Below the pieces are notes generated by a model that was not told where the DNA came from, did not search any database, and was given only the letters and a program-made list of their open reading frames with translations. A stretch of 64,000 nucleotides of DNA, taken from assembly GCA_013115125.1 (NCBI GenBank), contig JABANN010000041.1:1-64000 (forward strand). Reading direction: 5' to 3'. The stretch is from Perkinsus olseni. Lineage: Eukaryota. Of the stretch, positions 63,101 through 64,000 are shown one piece after another. Numbering within the stretch: position 1 is the stretch's first letter; every line of letters begins with the position of its first letter. The translations under genes and the position numbers were made by a program.

Positions 63101-64000
63101 TCATGAATTTGACGTAACAGAGTGGCCGTAGAGCACTCCTCTAAGATACGCATGCTGTGAATGCTTCTGACTAGGCCAGCTGTCCCATCTGATATGCCGT
63201 ACGTCGTACCCTAGCCGGGTGAGCAGACGGTGCTTCAGCTCGGTCGTCACCGTCGGGCGCTCCGTTCTGAAGCAGCAGGCACTACTTCCAGTAGGCGAAG
63301 AGGCCCCCCCCGCGCTACCCGTTTATGAAGTGTCGGGGCCCGTCGATCTCAAGTAGCTTCCTCGAGTTGGAAATGACAACATCGATTAGGTACGGCTGTT
63401 GTAGCGCTACCTGACGGCAAGCGGTGGTCATCCGCTCCTCGAGGGGACCCGTACCTCCAGAGTATGCGACACTTCAAGATCGGAGAGCTCTCGGGACACC
63501 ACCAAGTGCTGCTGCGAGGACATGGTCGGCAGGGCATCGTACTGATTGTTGACGCGAAGCTGACCAGACATGTTGCGACTCTACGCCCGCGGATCTCCCT
63601 CTACCCACCTGCGAGACCACAGCCAGAAAACCTCGTGCTCTCTGACTGAGAGCACACCACAGCAGCGGACGCTCCAGTCTTATATGCAGCTCGATAACGC
63701 AGAGGTTGATTTGGCAGTACGTGTCCAGTCTCGACGGACCCACCCCAGACTGAGCCAAGTACTCCACGACAGCTCCAAGCAAGCGCTCTTTCAGGTCGTA
63801 AAGCTCCTGGCCATCTCCATCCGAGCGATACTGGCACACTAACGGTAACATGAGGTGGTTAAGGGTGTCCACCAGCGGCTTCGTTGGTTGGGCGGGCCAC
63901 TTGGGGACCTCCGAAGCTACTGAATGCATCATTATGTAGAACCGATGATGATCCTCGAGGCCGAGCTTCGTGCAGATTTGGAGCAGGACAGCCAGTCTGA
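63101..64000 (-). CDS. RAP-domain protein (3' part; start lies beyond the window)
   Basis: PYLIDVVI..LLEIDGPRHF / TTELKHRLLTRLGYDVRHIRWDSW. Confidence 0.85.

Overview
Gene-dense eukaryotic (alveolate) genomic DNA with many short (~45-60 nt) GT-AG introns, most consistent with a Perkinsus-type parasite (inferred from intron style and gene families, not from a database match). About 30 protein genes are recognisable, including a DEDDy 3'-5' exonuclease, a TM-RING E3 ligase, an ankyrin protein, a JmjC/cupin oxygenase, a tandem AP2-like protein, a RAD51 paralog, a divergent RRM protein, a large DExH RNA helicase, methylmalonate-semialdehyde dehydrogenase, an inositol 5-phosphatase, intact and decayed A1 aspartic proteases, an ENT transporter, a COX6C-like small protein, tandem secreted paralogs, AlkB, BiP, epsilon-tubulin, a PIH1 protein, MND1 and a RAP-domain protein. 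Non-coding signals that the ORF track misses: three C/D-box snoRNA copies downstream of BiP with a guide antisense to 18S rRNA; a tRNA-Ile(AAT) antisense inside a PIH1-gene intron, followed by a hairpin-rich element; and tRNA 3'-half (B-box) fragments that make up much of two tiny introns. Exon boundaries were read by eye and are approximate.
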